Assembly (NCBI GenBank): GCA_025060195.1 | Contig: JANXCQ010000003.1 | Location: 722-64,721 of the forward strand | Direction: 5' to 3' | From: Gemmatales bacterium | Lineage (GTDB): Bacteria; Planctomycetota; Planctomycetia; Gemmatales; HRBIN36 | Length of the DNA stretch: 64,000 nucleotides | In this document: positions 54,919 to 64,000 of the stretch, in pieces | How positions within the stretch are numbered: position 1 is the stretch's first letter | How the letters are laid out: every line of letters starts with the position of its first letter | The notes under the pieces: model-generated | What the model was told of the DNA's origin: nothing | Seen by the model: only the letters and a program-made list of their open reading frames with translations | Database searches by the model: none | Made by a program: the position numbers and the translations under genes

Positions 54919-56454
54919 ATGAGCGTTTATTTGGGTATCGACATCGGAACCAGCGGGACAAAAACGGTCGTTTGCCGGGAGGATGGTACGATCTTGGCGA
55001 CCGCGAATGCCGAACATCCGTCGTACTATCCTCAGCCCGGTTGGTCGGAACAGGAACCGGCAGACTGGTGGCACAGCACCGTGAGCAGCGTCAGGCAGGC
55101 GCTGGCGCGTGCGGGCGTGGCCGGCCGCGAGGTGCGCGGTATCGGCTTGAGCGGCCAAATGCATGGTTCGGTATTCCTGGATGGGCAGGGAAACGTATTG
55201 CGGCGGGCCATTTTGTGGAATGACCAGCGCACCGCAGAGCAGTGTGAGCAAATCGAGCATGCCGTGGGCGGGCGCGAACGCCTCATCCAACTCGTGAGTA
55301 ATCCTGCGTTCACCGGCTTCACCGCACCGAAGATTCTCTGGGTTCGACAACATGAACCTCACATTTACGAACGCACCCGCAAAATCCTGCTGCCAAAAGA
55401 CTACATTCGTTATCGCCTCACAGGCGAGTTCGTCACTGAGGTCTCCGATGCCTCAGGCACGCTCTTGTTAGATGTCGCAGGCCGACGGTGGTGTCGGGCG
55501 ATCCTGGAAAAGCTGCAAATCGATGAAGAGTTATTACCTCGATGTGTCGAATCTCAGGAAATTACGGGCTATTTGACCCCAGCAGCAGGCAACGAACTCG
55601 GCCTACCCGCGGGGGTGCCGGTAGTCGGCGGTGCTGGCGACCAAGCCGCGGGAGCAGTCGGTAACGGGGTCGTTCGCGCGGGCATTCTCAGCGCCACCAT
55701 GGGCACCAGCGGCGTCATCTTTGCCCATAGCGACTGCGTGCAGACCGATCCCCAAGGCCGCGTCCACACTATGTGCCATGCGGTCAAAGGTGCCTGGCAC
55801 CTGATGGGCGTAGTACTCAGTGCAGGCGGTAGTCTGCAATGGTTTCGTAATCACTTCGCGACGCAAGAGATTCGCTTAGCGGCTGAACGGCAGGTGGATG
55901 CTTACGATCTGATCCTCGCCCTCGCCGAGCAGGCCCCTCCGGGGGCCGAGGGGCTATTCTTTTTGCCGCACTTGACCGGTGAGCGGCATCCTTACTCCGA
56001 TCCGTTGGCCCGCGGCGCCTGGATAGGGTTGACGGTACGTCATGGCTGGCGGCATTTGGCTCGTGCTGTGGTCGAGGGAGCCACGTTTGCCTTGCGCGAC
56101 TGTTTGTCGGTGATGATCGAAATGGGGCTGGAGCCGAAGCAGATTCGTCTTTCTGGCGGCGGCGCGCGTAGTGCGTTCTGGCGCCGCTTGCAGGCCGATA
56201 TCTACGGCCATAAGGTCGCCTTGATCAACGCTACCGAAGGCCCAGCATGTGGCGTGGCTTTGTTGGCCATGGTCGGCACTGGTGCTTACGCTTCCGTTCC
56301 CGAAGCTTGTGACGCTGTCATTCGCGTTACCGAAGAAATATCCCCCTGTCCCGAACGTAAGGCATTCTATGAACGGTGTTACGCCACCTACCGCCAACTT
56401 TACCCAGCTTTGCGCCACTTGTTTCCTCAATTAGCCCGTTTGGTGCATTCCTAA
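54919..56454 (+). CDS. xylB: Xylulokinase (FGGY carbohydrate kinase)
   Basis: MSVYLGIDIGTSGTKTVV...GWSEQEP.DWW...IGLSGQMHG.VFLD...LWNDQRT.... Confidence 0.85.
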   Translation: MSVYLGIDIGTSGTKTVVCREDGTILATANAEHPSYYPQPGWSEQEPADWWHSTVSSVRQALARAGVAGREVRGIGLSGQMHGSVFLDGQGNVLRRAILWNDQRTAEQCEQIEHAVGGRERLIQLVSNPAFTGFTAPKILWVRQHEPHIYERTRKILLPKDYIRYRLTGEFVTEVSDASGTLLLDVAGRRWCRAILEKLQIDEELLPRCVESQEITGYLTPAAGNELGLPAGVPVVGGAGDQAAGAVGNGVVRAGILSATMGTSGVIFAHSDCVQTDPQGRVHTMCHAVKGAWHLMGVVLSAGGSLQWFRNHFATQEIRLAAERQVDAYDLILALAEQAPPGAEGLFFLPHLTGERHPYSDPLARGAWIGLTVRHGWRHLARAVVEGATFALRDCLSVMIEMGLEPKQIRLSGGGARSAFWRRLQADIYGHKVALINATEGPACGVALLAMVGTGAYASVPEACDAVIRVTEEISPCPERKAFYERCYATYRQLYPALRHLFPQLARLVHS

Positions 56455-56487
56455 GATCAACTTTGCTAAGTTGATTCGCTTCTTTTC
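56455..56487 (+). terminator. Rho-independent terminator candidate after xylB
   Basis: GATCAACT (56455-56462), loop TTGCTA, AGTTGATT (56469-56476), giving 7 bp plus one G.U pair. CGCTTCTTTTC follows. Confidence 0.5.
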
Positions 56488-56609
56488 ATGATATTTCGCC
56501 AGTTTTGCTCATCGTGAGATTGACGCGCAAATTTCCTAAGCTAAAATGCATTGACGAGCGGAAATCAGCTATTGGTGCCTAAACATATCCAGCAACAGGA
56601 GGAGACAGC

Positions 56610-57287
56610 ATGTATAGTGTCGTGCTTCTGACCGCGATGGCCACAACGCAAGTGAACGCTCCCAGTTGGTTTTGGCATCATCGGTGGTTTGCGTGCCATG
56701 GTTGGTGCTCCGGCTGGTGCCATGGCTGGTGTGCGGGTTGGTGCAGTGGTTGGTGCAGCGGCTGGTGTGCGGGCTATTGCCACGGCGCATATTACGTGCC
56801 AGTAATTCCCGTGGTCTATGCTGGTCATGGTTGCTACGGTGGGCCGGTCGCGACTTGTTTTGGTTGTCACGGTTGCTATGGCACCACGCCTCCAGGTTCT
56901 TATTACACGCCGCCTTCCCGACAAGTGGAAACCATTCCAGCTCCGCCGCGGGAGGTGAAGCCTGATTCTAAACCCATGGAGAAGGCTGAGCCAGAAAAGC
57001 CTGCCTTAGCGCCAAACCGGGCGCGGTTAATCGTTGAGCTGCCGGCAGATGCTACGTTGTATGTGGATGACCAACCCATTCGATCCCCAGCTAAGTCGGT
57101 GCGCACCTTTGTGACGCCCTCCTTGGAACCAGACCAAACTTATTACTACATCCTTAGAGCCGAAGTGGTGCGTAACGGTCAGCGCTACGAGGAAAGCCGG
57201 CGCGTGATTGTGCGTGCCAATCGGGAGATTCGCGTGGTCTTTCCCGATCCGGAGTCAGCTACTGTACGGACGGTTTCCACGCAATAA
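56610..57287 (+). CDS. Planctomycete TIGR03000-type protein with an N-terminal Cys/Trp/Gly-rich repeat
   Basis: A signal-like N-terminus is followed by the (GWCx)n tract and the C-terminal block ...ARLIVELPADATLYVDDQPIRS...RTFVTPSLEPDQTYYYILRAEVVRNGQ...RVIVRANREIRVVF, which resembles TIGR03000. Confidence 0.7.
   Translation: MYSVVLLTAMATTQVNAPSWFWHHRWFACHGWCSGWCHGWCAGWCSGWCSGWCAGYCHGAYYVPVIPVVYAGHGCYGGPVATCFGCHGCYGTTPPGSYYTPPSRQVETIPAPPREVKPDSKPMEKAEPEKPALAPNRARLIVELPADATLYVDDQPIRSPAKSVRTFVTPSLEPDQTYYYILRAEVVRNGQRYEESRRVIVRANREIRVVFPDPESATVRTVSTQ
56700..56783 (+). repeat. In-frame 12-bp coding tandem repeat in seven copies, encoding GWC(S/H/A)
   Basis: ggttggtgctcc ggctggtgccat ggctggtgtgcg ggttggtgcagt ggttggtgcagc ggctggtgtgcg ggctattgccac translates to GWCS GWCH GWCA GWCS GWCS GWCA GYCH. 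Confidence 0.85.
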
Positions 57288-57484
57288 ACGTTGCTTCTCC
57301 GCATCTGCATAAACGATTCAACCCCACTTGCCTGGGGTAACAAACGCTGCACGACAGTAGTTAGCTAGTCGCGCGAGGCAAATTGGATAAGCAAGGCGCG
57401 CCGGTGGATGCGCTTTGTTTATTTTATGGGCGTAGCTGTTCGAAGCTGCCAGCTAGGGAAAATACCGCACGGCTAATTTCCGTC

Positions 57485-58816
57485 CTACTGTAATCGGCGT
57501 GCGATTTCGTTTTCCAACTGAGCCAGTTGGTGGAAATCGAAGCCCTCACACCGCCACAAAATATTCCCGCGGCTATCAACAAGGATGAGGGTAGGAAAAC
57601 TTTGCACTGCAAATTGCTGTTTGACGGGACAGGTATCGCCGCTGCCAAGCAGGATACGGTAGTTCAGGCCCAAGCGTTGCCGAATGAAATTCACCCGTTG
57701 CTGCTGCTCTGACAAAGTTCCCTCTTCATAGGCGATACCGATGATCTGCAAGCCTTGTGGACCGTAACGGCGCTGCAAGTCCGTCAAGTGGGGCAAGGAA
57801 TTCAAACAAGGCCGACACCACGTCCCCCAGAAATCTAACAAGGTCAGCCGCGCCGGTGCTTCCCGAAATCGGAATGGTTGGCCAGCCAGATCATATAACG
57901 CAAAGTCTTCTACTTTATTGGCCACCACTCGACAACTGGGCACGGGGAACGAAGATGAGGGAACAGCAGCGGAACCGGAGGACGCCGCTCCTGGCCAAGG
58001 TACCGGATTTGCGAGTTGTGCTAAAGGGGGATTATGCACGCTCGCCTTATCTGGATGGCGGAACTGCGACGACGAGTCGTGGCCACGCAAGCTGGGGGCA
58101 GGAACCACCAGAGGGGGTGCTGTCGCTGGAGAAGGCGATCGGTTCAAATCAGAGGCAGGCGGTTCGGCAGGTTTGTCTGACTTAGGCGAGCGCAGGGCCG
58201 CAGGTGTCCAGGCGCGGTCGTTGGGCGGGGCAGGCGTATGCCAACTTTGGGGGCCTGCCGAGGAGGACGGAGTCTCGCCGTTGCGTTGTGCCGAGTTGGT
58301 AGTGGGTGCAGCCGGCTGGCTTTCCTGGAGGTTTTCCCGCACGATGATGGTTACTAAAACATTGGGCGGGGTCGCGTAGGTAACGCCCGTAAGTGTCACC
58401 TCGCCGACACGCGCCCGGGCGAGTAGTTTATAGCGTTGCCCCGGCGTCAACCCCTGGATCACGAAATAGCCCTGATAATCAGTTTGTACTTCGCGTGGCG
58501 GCTCGCCCCCATCTGCCAAGCTCACTTGAATCAGCGAGTAAGGCCGACGTTGGTAGTAAGCATCTATCACTTGTCCCGCCAGAATGCCGTTGCCCCGTTG
58601 CGATATAGTGCGAGCTGGGGCTTCGGGCGCTGGGGTCAACGGTTCTCCTGGCGAGATCAGGGTCGTCGTTTGTTCAGGGGGGTTACGCCCGCCTCGGCCA
58701 AGAGTCGGCCAAGGCCAGTTCTTTGAATTGAGTGCGGCACAACTGGAAACGGCTAGCACGACCAAAATCCCCAGCAGGCACAAGCGACGCACATCGGTTC
58801 CCTCATGCAGGTCCAC
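57485..58816 (-). CDS. Secreted TlpA-like thioredoxin-fold protein with an N-terminal carboxypeptidase-regulatory-like domain
   Basis: The C-terminal LTLLDFWGTWCRPCLNSLPHL... carries the WCxxC redox motif. The N-terminal ...GQVIDAYYQRRP...GYFVIQGLTPGQRYKL... is CarboxypepD_reg-like. Confidence 0.72.
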   Translation of the reverse strand: MDLHEGTDVRRLCLLGILVVLAVSSCAALNSKNWPWPTLGRGGRNPPEQTTTLISPGEPLTPAPEAPARTISQRGNGILAGQVIDAYYQRRPYSLIQVSLADGGEPPREVQTDYQGYFVIQGLTPGQRYKLLARARVGEVTLTGVTYATPPNVLVTIIVRENLQESQPAAPTTNSAQRNGETPSSSAGPQSWHTPAPPNDRAWTPAALRSPKSDKPAEPPASDLNRSPSPATAPPLVVPAPSLRGHDSSSQFRHPDKASVHNPPLAQLANPVPWPGAASSGSAAVPSSSFPVPSCRVVANKVEDFALYDLAGQPFRFREAPARLTLLDFWGTWCRPCLNSLPHLTDLQRRYGPQGLQIIGIAYEEGTLSEQQQRVNFIRQRLGLNYRILLGSGDTCPVKQQFAVQSFPTLILVDSRGNILWRCEGFDFHQLAQLENEIARRLQ

Positions 58817-59126
58817 CGAACTCGCTGGCGAGCGTCACGGCCCGCCTGGGAAATAATTCCCTCGTTCAATCCTTACCGACGCCGAGTAAGATGCAAGTCG
58901 TCGCAGTGCGATCGACCGAGCCCATAGCTCCCGACGAGCGATCAATACGGCCCATGGCATAAGGTTTGCGCCCCCTGGCGACTCGGCTCTTTTCCTGCCA
59001 TCGGCAATTTCCTACATGAGTATCATGCCAGACGGCACTGCGTCGCCACCTAACCCTAACGGACGTAGCGACTATACTCAGAATTCACTGCGGATATGTC
59101 GCGCCAATTTTATGAGGAGGAAACCC

Positions 59127-59579
59127 ATGACGCCATGGTTACGCCAAGCGCTCCTTGCAGGTATAGCTTTTGTGGCTGGCGTCTTGGTCACGCGCTTATG
59201 GCCATCGGCGGAACGTGGCCCGCTGGACGACCGGCTCTACGCGCAAGAACAACAGCCTGCGACTTGGTTAGTCCACAACGTTTATTTTTCCTTGAAGGAC
59301 AACACGCCCCAAGCTCGCGCCCAGTTGGTGGAGGCGTGCCACAAGTATCTCTCAGGGCATGAAGGCACTGTCTTCTACGCCGCTGGGATTCTAGCCGAGG
59401 ACCTGAACCGACCGGTCAACGACCGTGATTTCGACGTGGCTCTGCATATTGTCTTCAAAGATAAAGCGGCCCACGACCGCTACCAGGAGCACCCGCGTCA
59501 TAAAAAATTTATCGAAGAAAACGAACGGCTATGGAAAAAGGTGCGCGTTTTTGATTCGTATGCTTCTCCGAAACGCTGA
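59127..59579 (+). CDS. Dabb (stress-responsive alpha/beta barrel) domain protein with an N-terminal anchor
   Basis: The ATG at 59127 (GAGGAGG 6 nt upstream) begins MTPWLRQALLAGIAFVAGVLVTRLW.... The Dabb block reads ...VHNVYFSLKDNTPQARAQLVEACHKYLSGHEG...DFDVALHIVFKDKAAHDRYQEHPRHKKFI. Confidence 0.7.
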   Translation: MTPWLRQALLAGIAFVAGVLVTRLWPSAERGPLDDRLYAQEQQPATWLVHNVYFSLKDNTPQARAQLVEACHKYLSGHEGTVFYAAGILAEDLNRPVNDRDFDVALHIVFKDKAAHDRYQEHPRHKKFIEENERLWKKVRVFDSYASPKR

Positions 59580-59581
59580 CA

Positions 59582-60562
59582 CTACTCGCCTGGACGACGC
59601 GGTCGCTGATCGATGATTTCGATCTGGTAATTATTCCCCACACGCCGCACGCGGAAGATGGTGATTAGCTGGCGTTTGTCGATCTCCTCTTCCGTCAGGC
59701 CGCGATATTTCAATTCGCGCTCGGCCAAGGCGCGCTCCAGTTCGACGGGGAAAAACACAAAGGCGCGCTTGGGGGTAAAATCCAGGTTCAGTGCGTGGGC
59801 TAAGGCCGCCACCGATTGTGGATTGTCGTCGGTCCAGTGGATCAGGCGTCGGCTCAGAGCGCTAAGCGCATCCTGCCCCTCCAGGGTTGGTTTAAGATTG
59901 CGGTTGCCCAGTTCTCGGTAGAACAAATACAGCCCGTCGGGACGCGGAATGACCAGGATGGCCTGCAGTTCAATCAGACGGTTGAGATATTCTCGGGAAC
60001 TCGCATAGGGCATGACCATCTTCCAGCGATGCATGCGTCGCGCACGGACAGTTTGGACGCCCGGACCAACGCCCGAGCCGATCCCCGGCCCGGTACCACT
60101 GCCGAGGCCACCCCCGGTACCGGGACCGCCGCGCCCCACATCGCCAGGTTTGCCTTGGGGTCTGTTGGGCGGAGGCTGCTCGGGCGGCTTATCTGGGATA
60201 ACCGTTTCAGGTGGATTCACTTCGGGCGGTTTGTCCGCCGGTTTCTCCGGCACTTGGGGCTGGTCCACAATCGGCGAATCCTCAACGGCGTCGGGCGGAC
60301 TGTTATCCCCCTCACCACCACCCCCTGCATCTACGACATCCAGCTCAGGCGGCGGTGGGTTGTATGACCACAGTCCGCATCCGCCATATGCCGCTAACAC
60401 TGCAAATCCCAAAATCAGAAATAGATGCAGTAACACTGCCGAACCTAATGACAGGGGCAGCTCATGATGGGCCGAGTATTTCAGATACATCGGCTCTTCA
60501 TGGAGATACACAGGCATTGCCTGACTTCGCCTCGACTCGGTTGTTCGCGCCATTCCCGCCAT
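59582..60562 (-). CDS. Hypothetical membrane protein: TM segment, Pro/Gly-rich linker and a C-terminal globular domain
   Basis: The 326-aa ORF has a TM (VLLHLFLILGFAVLAAY) and a linker (PPPPELD...EKPADKPPEVNPPETVIPDKPPEQPPPNRP...GPGTGGGLGSGTGPG). Its ~150-aa C-terminal domain is not recognised. The start is uncertain. Confidence 0.45.
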   Translation of the reverse strand: MAGMARTTESRRSQAMPVYLHEEPMYLKYSAHHELPLSLGSAVLLHLFLILGFAVLAAYGGCGLWSYNPPPPELDVVDAGGGGEGDNSPPDAVEDSPIVDQPQVPEKPADKPPEVNPPETVIPDKPPEQPPPNRPQGKPGDVGRGGPGTGGGLGSGTGPGIGSGVGPGVQTVRARRMHRWKMVMPYASSREYLNRLIELQAILVIPRPDGLYLFYRELGNRNLKPTLEGQDALSALSRRLIHWTDDNPQSVAALAHALNLDFTPKRAFVFFPVELERALAERELKYRGLTEEEIDKRQLITIFRVRRVGNNYQIEIIDQRPRRPGE

Positions 60563-60818
60563 GCCTGCTTCCTCACCGTCGGGGATCTACTACGCTACCC
60601 CGCTTCAGCAATTCTTACTATGCGTCAGATTTGCCACCCCTCAGTCTAACTCTCTCCTTGTCATTGTTACCACTTTCCCGAGGAGAGGCAAGCGACTCTC
60701 CAGCGAAATGGTACTATGCAGGAGCCGGGCGTCGAATTTCACTACGGGACACCGAGCCTGGGTACAGTCTCGCGGACCTCGGCACTCTGCGTAACGAACT
60801 AAGAGAGGTGGCGGCGGT

Positions 60819-61439
60819 TTATGTCGAATATCGCGCAAGGAAGTGCGGCAAGAGTGTCTCCACGGCACGGCGGACGTACTTACTGAGTATGTCCAACTCC
60901 ACATTTACCAGGTCGCCGACACGACGCACGCCGAGCGTGGTATGGGCCAACGTGTACGGAATGAGCATTACGCTGAAACGATCGGAATGCACTTCCACCA
61001 GCGTCAGGCTTACTCCGTCCAACGCGATCGAGCCTTTGGGCACCATGTAAGCAAGCAGCTCCTGGGAGCAGCCTAGCCAGAGCAAGTCGAATTGTTCCTG
61101 GTGTTGCCGCGACAGAACCGTGGCCAAGCCATCGACATGTCCTTGCACCCAATGACCGCCCAAAGTATCGCCCAGGCGCAACGGCAATTCGAGATTCACC
61201 ATGTCCCCGACTTGCAGGCGGGCCAGGTTAGTGCGCGACAAAGTTTCGGGACCCAGATCAAAATGGCAACGCCCTTCCTCGAGATGAACCACGGTCAGGC
61301 ACACGCCGTTGACTGCAAGGCTCTCGCCCAGCCCGACTGGACGCGCTAACGCCTCGTGGCTGATGACCAGCCGCTTGCCCGCACCAACGTCATGAATTGC
61401 GCTGACCGTTCCCAGGTATTGAATGATTCCCGTAAACAT
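60819..61439 (-). CDS. ribE: Riboflavin synthase, alpha chain
   Basis: MFTGIIQYLGTV.....G..L.I......GESLAVNGVCLTV...HFDLGPETL..TNL..L..GD.VNLE..., with a duplicated lumazine-binding repeat (GSIALDGVSLTLVEV...). Confidence 0.9.
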   Translation of the reverse strand: MFTGIIQYLGTVSAIHDVGAGKRLVISHEALARPVGLGESLAVNGVCLTVVHLEEGRCHFDLGPETLSRTNLARLQVGDMVNLELPLRLGDTLGGHWVQGHVDGLATVLSRQHQEQFDLLWLGCSQELLAYMVPKGSIALDGVSLTLVEVHSDRFSVMLIPYTLAHTTLGVRRVGDLVNVELDILSKYVRRAVETLLPHFLARYST

Positions 61440-61554
61440 GTTGAAGTATACAGGCCTTATCGTGTTTCAATCGCTGAGACTGGCCGCCATGATCCGAGCC
61501 TACTACGTTAACGTTTAGCATATACGCGAAGTTTTCGAACCAGGAGTGTAACGT

Positions 61555-62544
61555 ATGTCTGCGGAGCGGCCTGACCAAACGCGCGTTCCCGATGCGCTCC
61601 TGGCAAGTGTTTCCAGCGCTATTGCTCGCTCTGACACCGAAGCGTCGCAGGCATCGCCAGCCGAGGATCGCATTGCGGCTCCCGCTCGCGATAATTGTGG
61701 GGCCAGGGAAGGCGGTAAGCCTCAGGCGAAGCAGGTCGGCGTCTTGTCTGAGAGATTGCCAAGCGAAGCCGCTCGGACGAGCGCGCCAACGCCCGCGCAG
61801 CAGGAGCCTGGGCCCGTGCCAGCGCGGCGATGGTGGTTACTGCTACTTCTGGGTTTGACATTTCTTCTCTTGAGCGTAGTGATATTCCCCCTAGTTTGGC
61901 TCATGGTCTCTGGCAGAGCAGATTTGGCACGCGCAATTTCTGCTGATGATGCTTACGAGCCGGGCTGGCGTTATCGCGACTTGGTCGCTTCCATTAGGCT
62001 GGTGCCTGAAGCCGAAAACGGTTGGCCCGTTGTCGAAGGACTAGCGCGCTCTTGGCCACCACCTCCGAACGTGCGCTTAACAAAATCTTCTGAGTGGCTG
62101 AAAGAAATCTATGGGATTCATTGGCATGGAGGGCTCCCGCTGCCTGGCTACCTAAGTGCATTTCCTTCAGCCATAGTCGCCAGTGGGCGTTGTGTATGGC
62201 ACGAGCGTTTGCCCACGGATGTCGCGAAGGAGTTGGAAGAAATCATGGCCGCTGCCCCGCACGTTTGGCCGGCCCTGCAATATTTGTCTCACTTTCCTGG
62301 GCTACAATGCCCCGTACCCGGTAGTGTCCCAGAAATTGACGCTCATCCCAGACTCTCACCTGCCAATCATTTGGGAATCGCCTTTTGTCTGGCGGTCTTG
62401 TGCCTGGAATGGCACCTGCAACACGGTCGCTTTCAGGATGCAGAGCGCTGTCTGCATGTGTTATGCCTCATGGAGTCAGCGTATTGCGATCGGGCGTTTT
62501 GCCTTCCTTGGCGTAATTGGTCTGAATTTTGGGCCGTACCTTGA
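61555..62544 (+). CDS. Hypothetical membrane-anchored protein
   Basis: The 329-aa ORF has a TM (WWLLLLLGLTFLLLSVVIFPLVWLMV). No family recognised. It ends at a TGA that is in frame with the next ORF. Confidence 0.4.
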   Translation: MSAERPDQTRVPDALLASVSSAIARSDTEASQASPAEDRIAAPARDNCGAREGGKPQAKQVGVLSERLPSEAARTSAPTPAQQEPGPVPARRWWLLLLLGLTFLLLSVVIFPLVWLMVSGRADLARAISADDAYEPGWRYRDLVASIRLVPEAENGWPVVEGLARSWPPPPNVRLTKSSEWLKEIYGIHWHGGLPLPGYLSAFPSAIVASGRCVWHERLPTDVAKELEEIMAAAPHVWPALQYLSHFPGLQCPVPGSVPEIDAHPRLSPANHLGIAFCLAVLCLEWHLQHGRFQDAERCLHVLCLMESAYCDRAFCLPWRNWSEFWAVP

Positions 62545-62547
62545 GCC

Positions 62548-63291
62548 GTGGAGCGTGTACTCGCCTTTACCGAGTTAGCACCGCCCACTTTGCATCGCCT
62601 GGCCAGCGTTGCCCAGCAATGGGAGAATTACTCTCCAATAGTTGAGGATCTTCGGGCCGCACGCGCGTTATATCACGAATATTTCACAGCGTTTGAACGA
62701 GGCGACCCAAGATATTTTGGCTTTCTTTTGTCGAGTTACCGTGCTCCGTTCAGTATTGAGGCTCTAGTCATGAATTTGCTTGAAAGGTGTCGATGGGTGT
62801 TGCTGAAATGCTCGGCCCACAAGGTGCATGCACGGGTGTTGCGGTATTACTTAGAGTGGCAGCAATGGGCGCAGCAGGCGTGGGATTCGACCATGGGTCG
62901 CAGTGCACCAGGCCCGTTGCCTTCGGTACCTGTGCGGACGTGGTACGAGGAGCTTTGGGACATCAGATGGCCCTATATGCCTGCTTCGATTGATAACGAC
63001 CTGCGCCGCTTGCTTTATTTACGACTACTGCGCTCGGCAATCGCTGCGGAGTTATTCCGCAAGGAGCACGGTCGTTGGCCCAGTCATTTAGGCGAATTAG
63101 TGCCTGACTATCTCAACGAGTTGCCCTGCGATCTGTACAACGCGCCCAACCCGCTCTTGTTACGACGCACGGCCGAGGGAATCGTCATTTACTCCGTGGG
63201 CGAAAACGGCACCGATGATGGTGGCGATCCCGTGCGCGATTACACGTTCTTTCTCTATGATGTCGAGTATCGTTGGGCACACCGACGTTGA
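62548..63291 (+). CDS. Hypothetical protein with a pseudopilin-like C-terminal G-x-DG motif
   Basis: The 247-aa ORF has a GTG start one codon after the preceding TGA, in the same frame (both starts are 1 mod 3). The C-terminal ...IVIYSVGENGTDDGGDPVRD... recalls the type II secretion pseudopilin tail. Confidence 0.4.
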   Translation: MERVLAFTELAPPTLHRLASVAQQWENYSPIVEDLRAARALYHEYFTAFERGDPRYFGFLLSSYRAPFSIEALVMNLLERCRWVLLKCSAHKVHARVLRYYLEWQQWAQQAWDSTMGRSAPGPLPSVPVRTWYEELWDIRWPYMPASIDNDLRRLLYLRLLRSAIAAELFRKEHGRWPSHLGELVPDYLNELPCDLYNAPNPLLLRRTAEGIVIYSVGENGTDDGGDPVRDYTFFLYDVEYRWAHRR

Positions 63292-63419
63292 CCAGAATTG
63301 ATCGATGACTGCGCCCGGCAACTGTGCGGCGCTGGGTCGGTACACAGTTCTTTCATCCATCTCAGGCTGGCAATCCAGGTATCTCAACTATTCGCCTGGA
63401 AGCAAACAACCCTTCAATT

Positions 63420-64000
63420 TCAGTTTTCAGCCCGTCGGCGGATTTGCATCTGTTGGCGGATCTGTTCTTGTTGCAGACGGCGTAATTCCTCGAGAGTTTT
63501 GAGCACTTGCTCAAATTTCTCGCGGTCGAATCCGGGACCGTCCTGATTGAGGTCGCGAATTTGCTGTTGCAAACGTTGCCGCACTTGCTGTAGTTGGGGC
63601 AAGTCTTCGACTTTGGCGTTTTGCTTTTTGTCATTCTGAGGAACGGCCTCGGCAGGTTGAAGTTTTGGCGGTAAGGGCTGGACGGGAGGAGCAATTTTTG
63701 GCACTGCGGGCGGTTGTTCTGGGGCGGGTTGAACAGGAATAACTGGTAGAGGTTGAATCTGAATCTTGGGAATAGCTGGAGGTGGGGCGATAGGTAGCGG
63801 TTGCACCGGCAGCGGTACTATGGGCACCGGTTGCGCGTTAGGCGGTTGGATGACACGGATTGGCGGCCTGGGGCCTGCTGGAGGAGCCGATGTATCATTC
63901 TTATTCGTACTTTGGCCAGACCCCGCGGGACTATAGTCTGCTTCTCGAGAATCAGCCACTTCAAACACGACGCGGAAATTGCCTGCACGCAATTCCACCG
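63420..64000 (-). CDS. Hypothetical Pro-rich protein, probably partial at the window edge
   Basis: The ORF is open to within 2 nt of the window end. It has repetitive QP(L/V)P(I/V) segments and a Q/R-rich helical C-terminus. Confidence 0.35.
   Translation of the reverse strand, partial: VELRAGNFRVVFEVADSREADYSPAGSGQSTNKNDTSAPPAGPRPPIRVIQPPNAQPVPIVPLPVQPLPIAPPPAIPKIQIQPLPVIPVQPAPEQPPAVPKIAPPVQPLPPKLQPAEAVPQNDKKQNAKVEDLPQLQQVRQRLQQQIRDLNQDGPGFDREKFEQVLKTLEELRRLQQEQIRQQMQIRRRAEN

Overview
This is a GC-rich bacterial chromosomal segment. It is most likely planctomycete, judging from a DUF1559/H-X9-DG pseudopilin-like protein, a TIGR03000-type Cys/Gly-rich protein and many Pro-rich membrane proteins; this is inference only. 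The left edge carries rpsB-tsf.

Bases 3398-20843 on the minus strand hold a tightly packed BREX type-1-like phage-defence operon, brxA-brxB-pglX'-brxC-pglX-pglZ-brxL. That is the six canonical genes plus a second, divergent PglX-like N6-adenine methyltransferase inserted between brxB and brxC.

All four large genes of the operon are interrupted:
- pglZ has an in-frame TAA at 6500-6502.
- brxC has an in-frame TAG at 14257-14259.
- pglX' has an in-frame TGA at 17163-17165 and an in-frame TAG at 16680-16682.
- pglX has a frameshift near 11560-11575.

brxA, brxB and brxL look intact. Directly 3' of brxL lie a four-unit tandem repeat of about 76 bp and an ORF-poor, partly AT-rich stretch of about 1.2 kb.

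The rest of the window is housekeeping and envelope genes: a LarA-like protein, an ExbB-ExbD-ExbD cluster, a MoeA fusion, a TM-coiled-coil ParA-like ATPase, HtrA, a Kelch/FN3 protein, korAB flanked by CBS proteins, selB-selA, Rrf2-sat, a class IV aminotransferase, psd, a giant AsmA/TamB-like protein, an FKBP, xylB, a TlpA-like thioredoxin and ribE.

I recognised no rRNA, tRNA, CRISPR array, transposase or integrase. All family calls come from reading the translated ORFs by eye; no searches were run.
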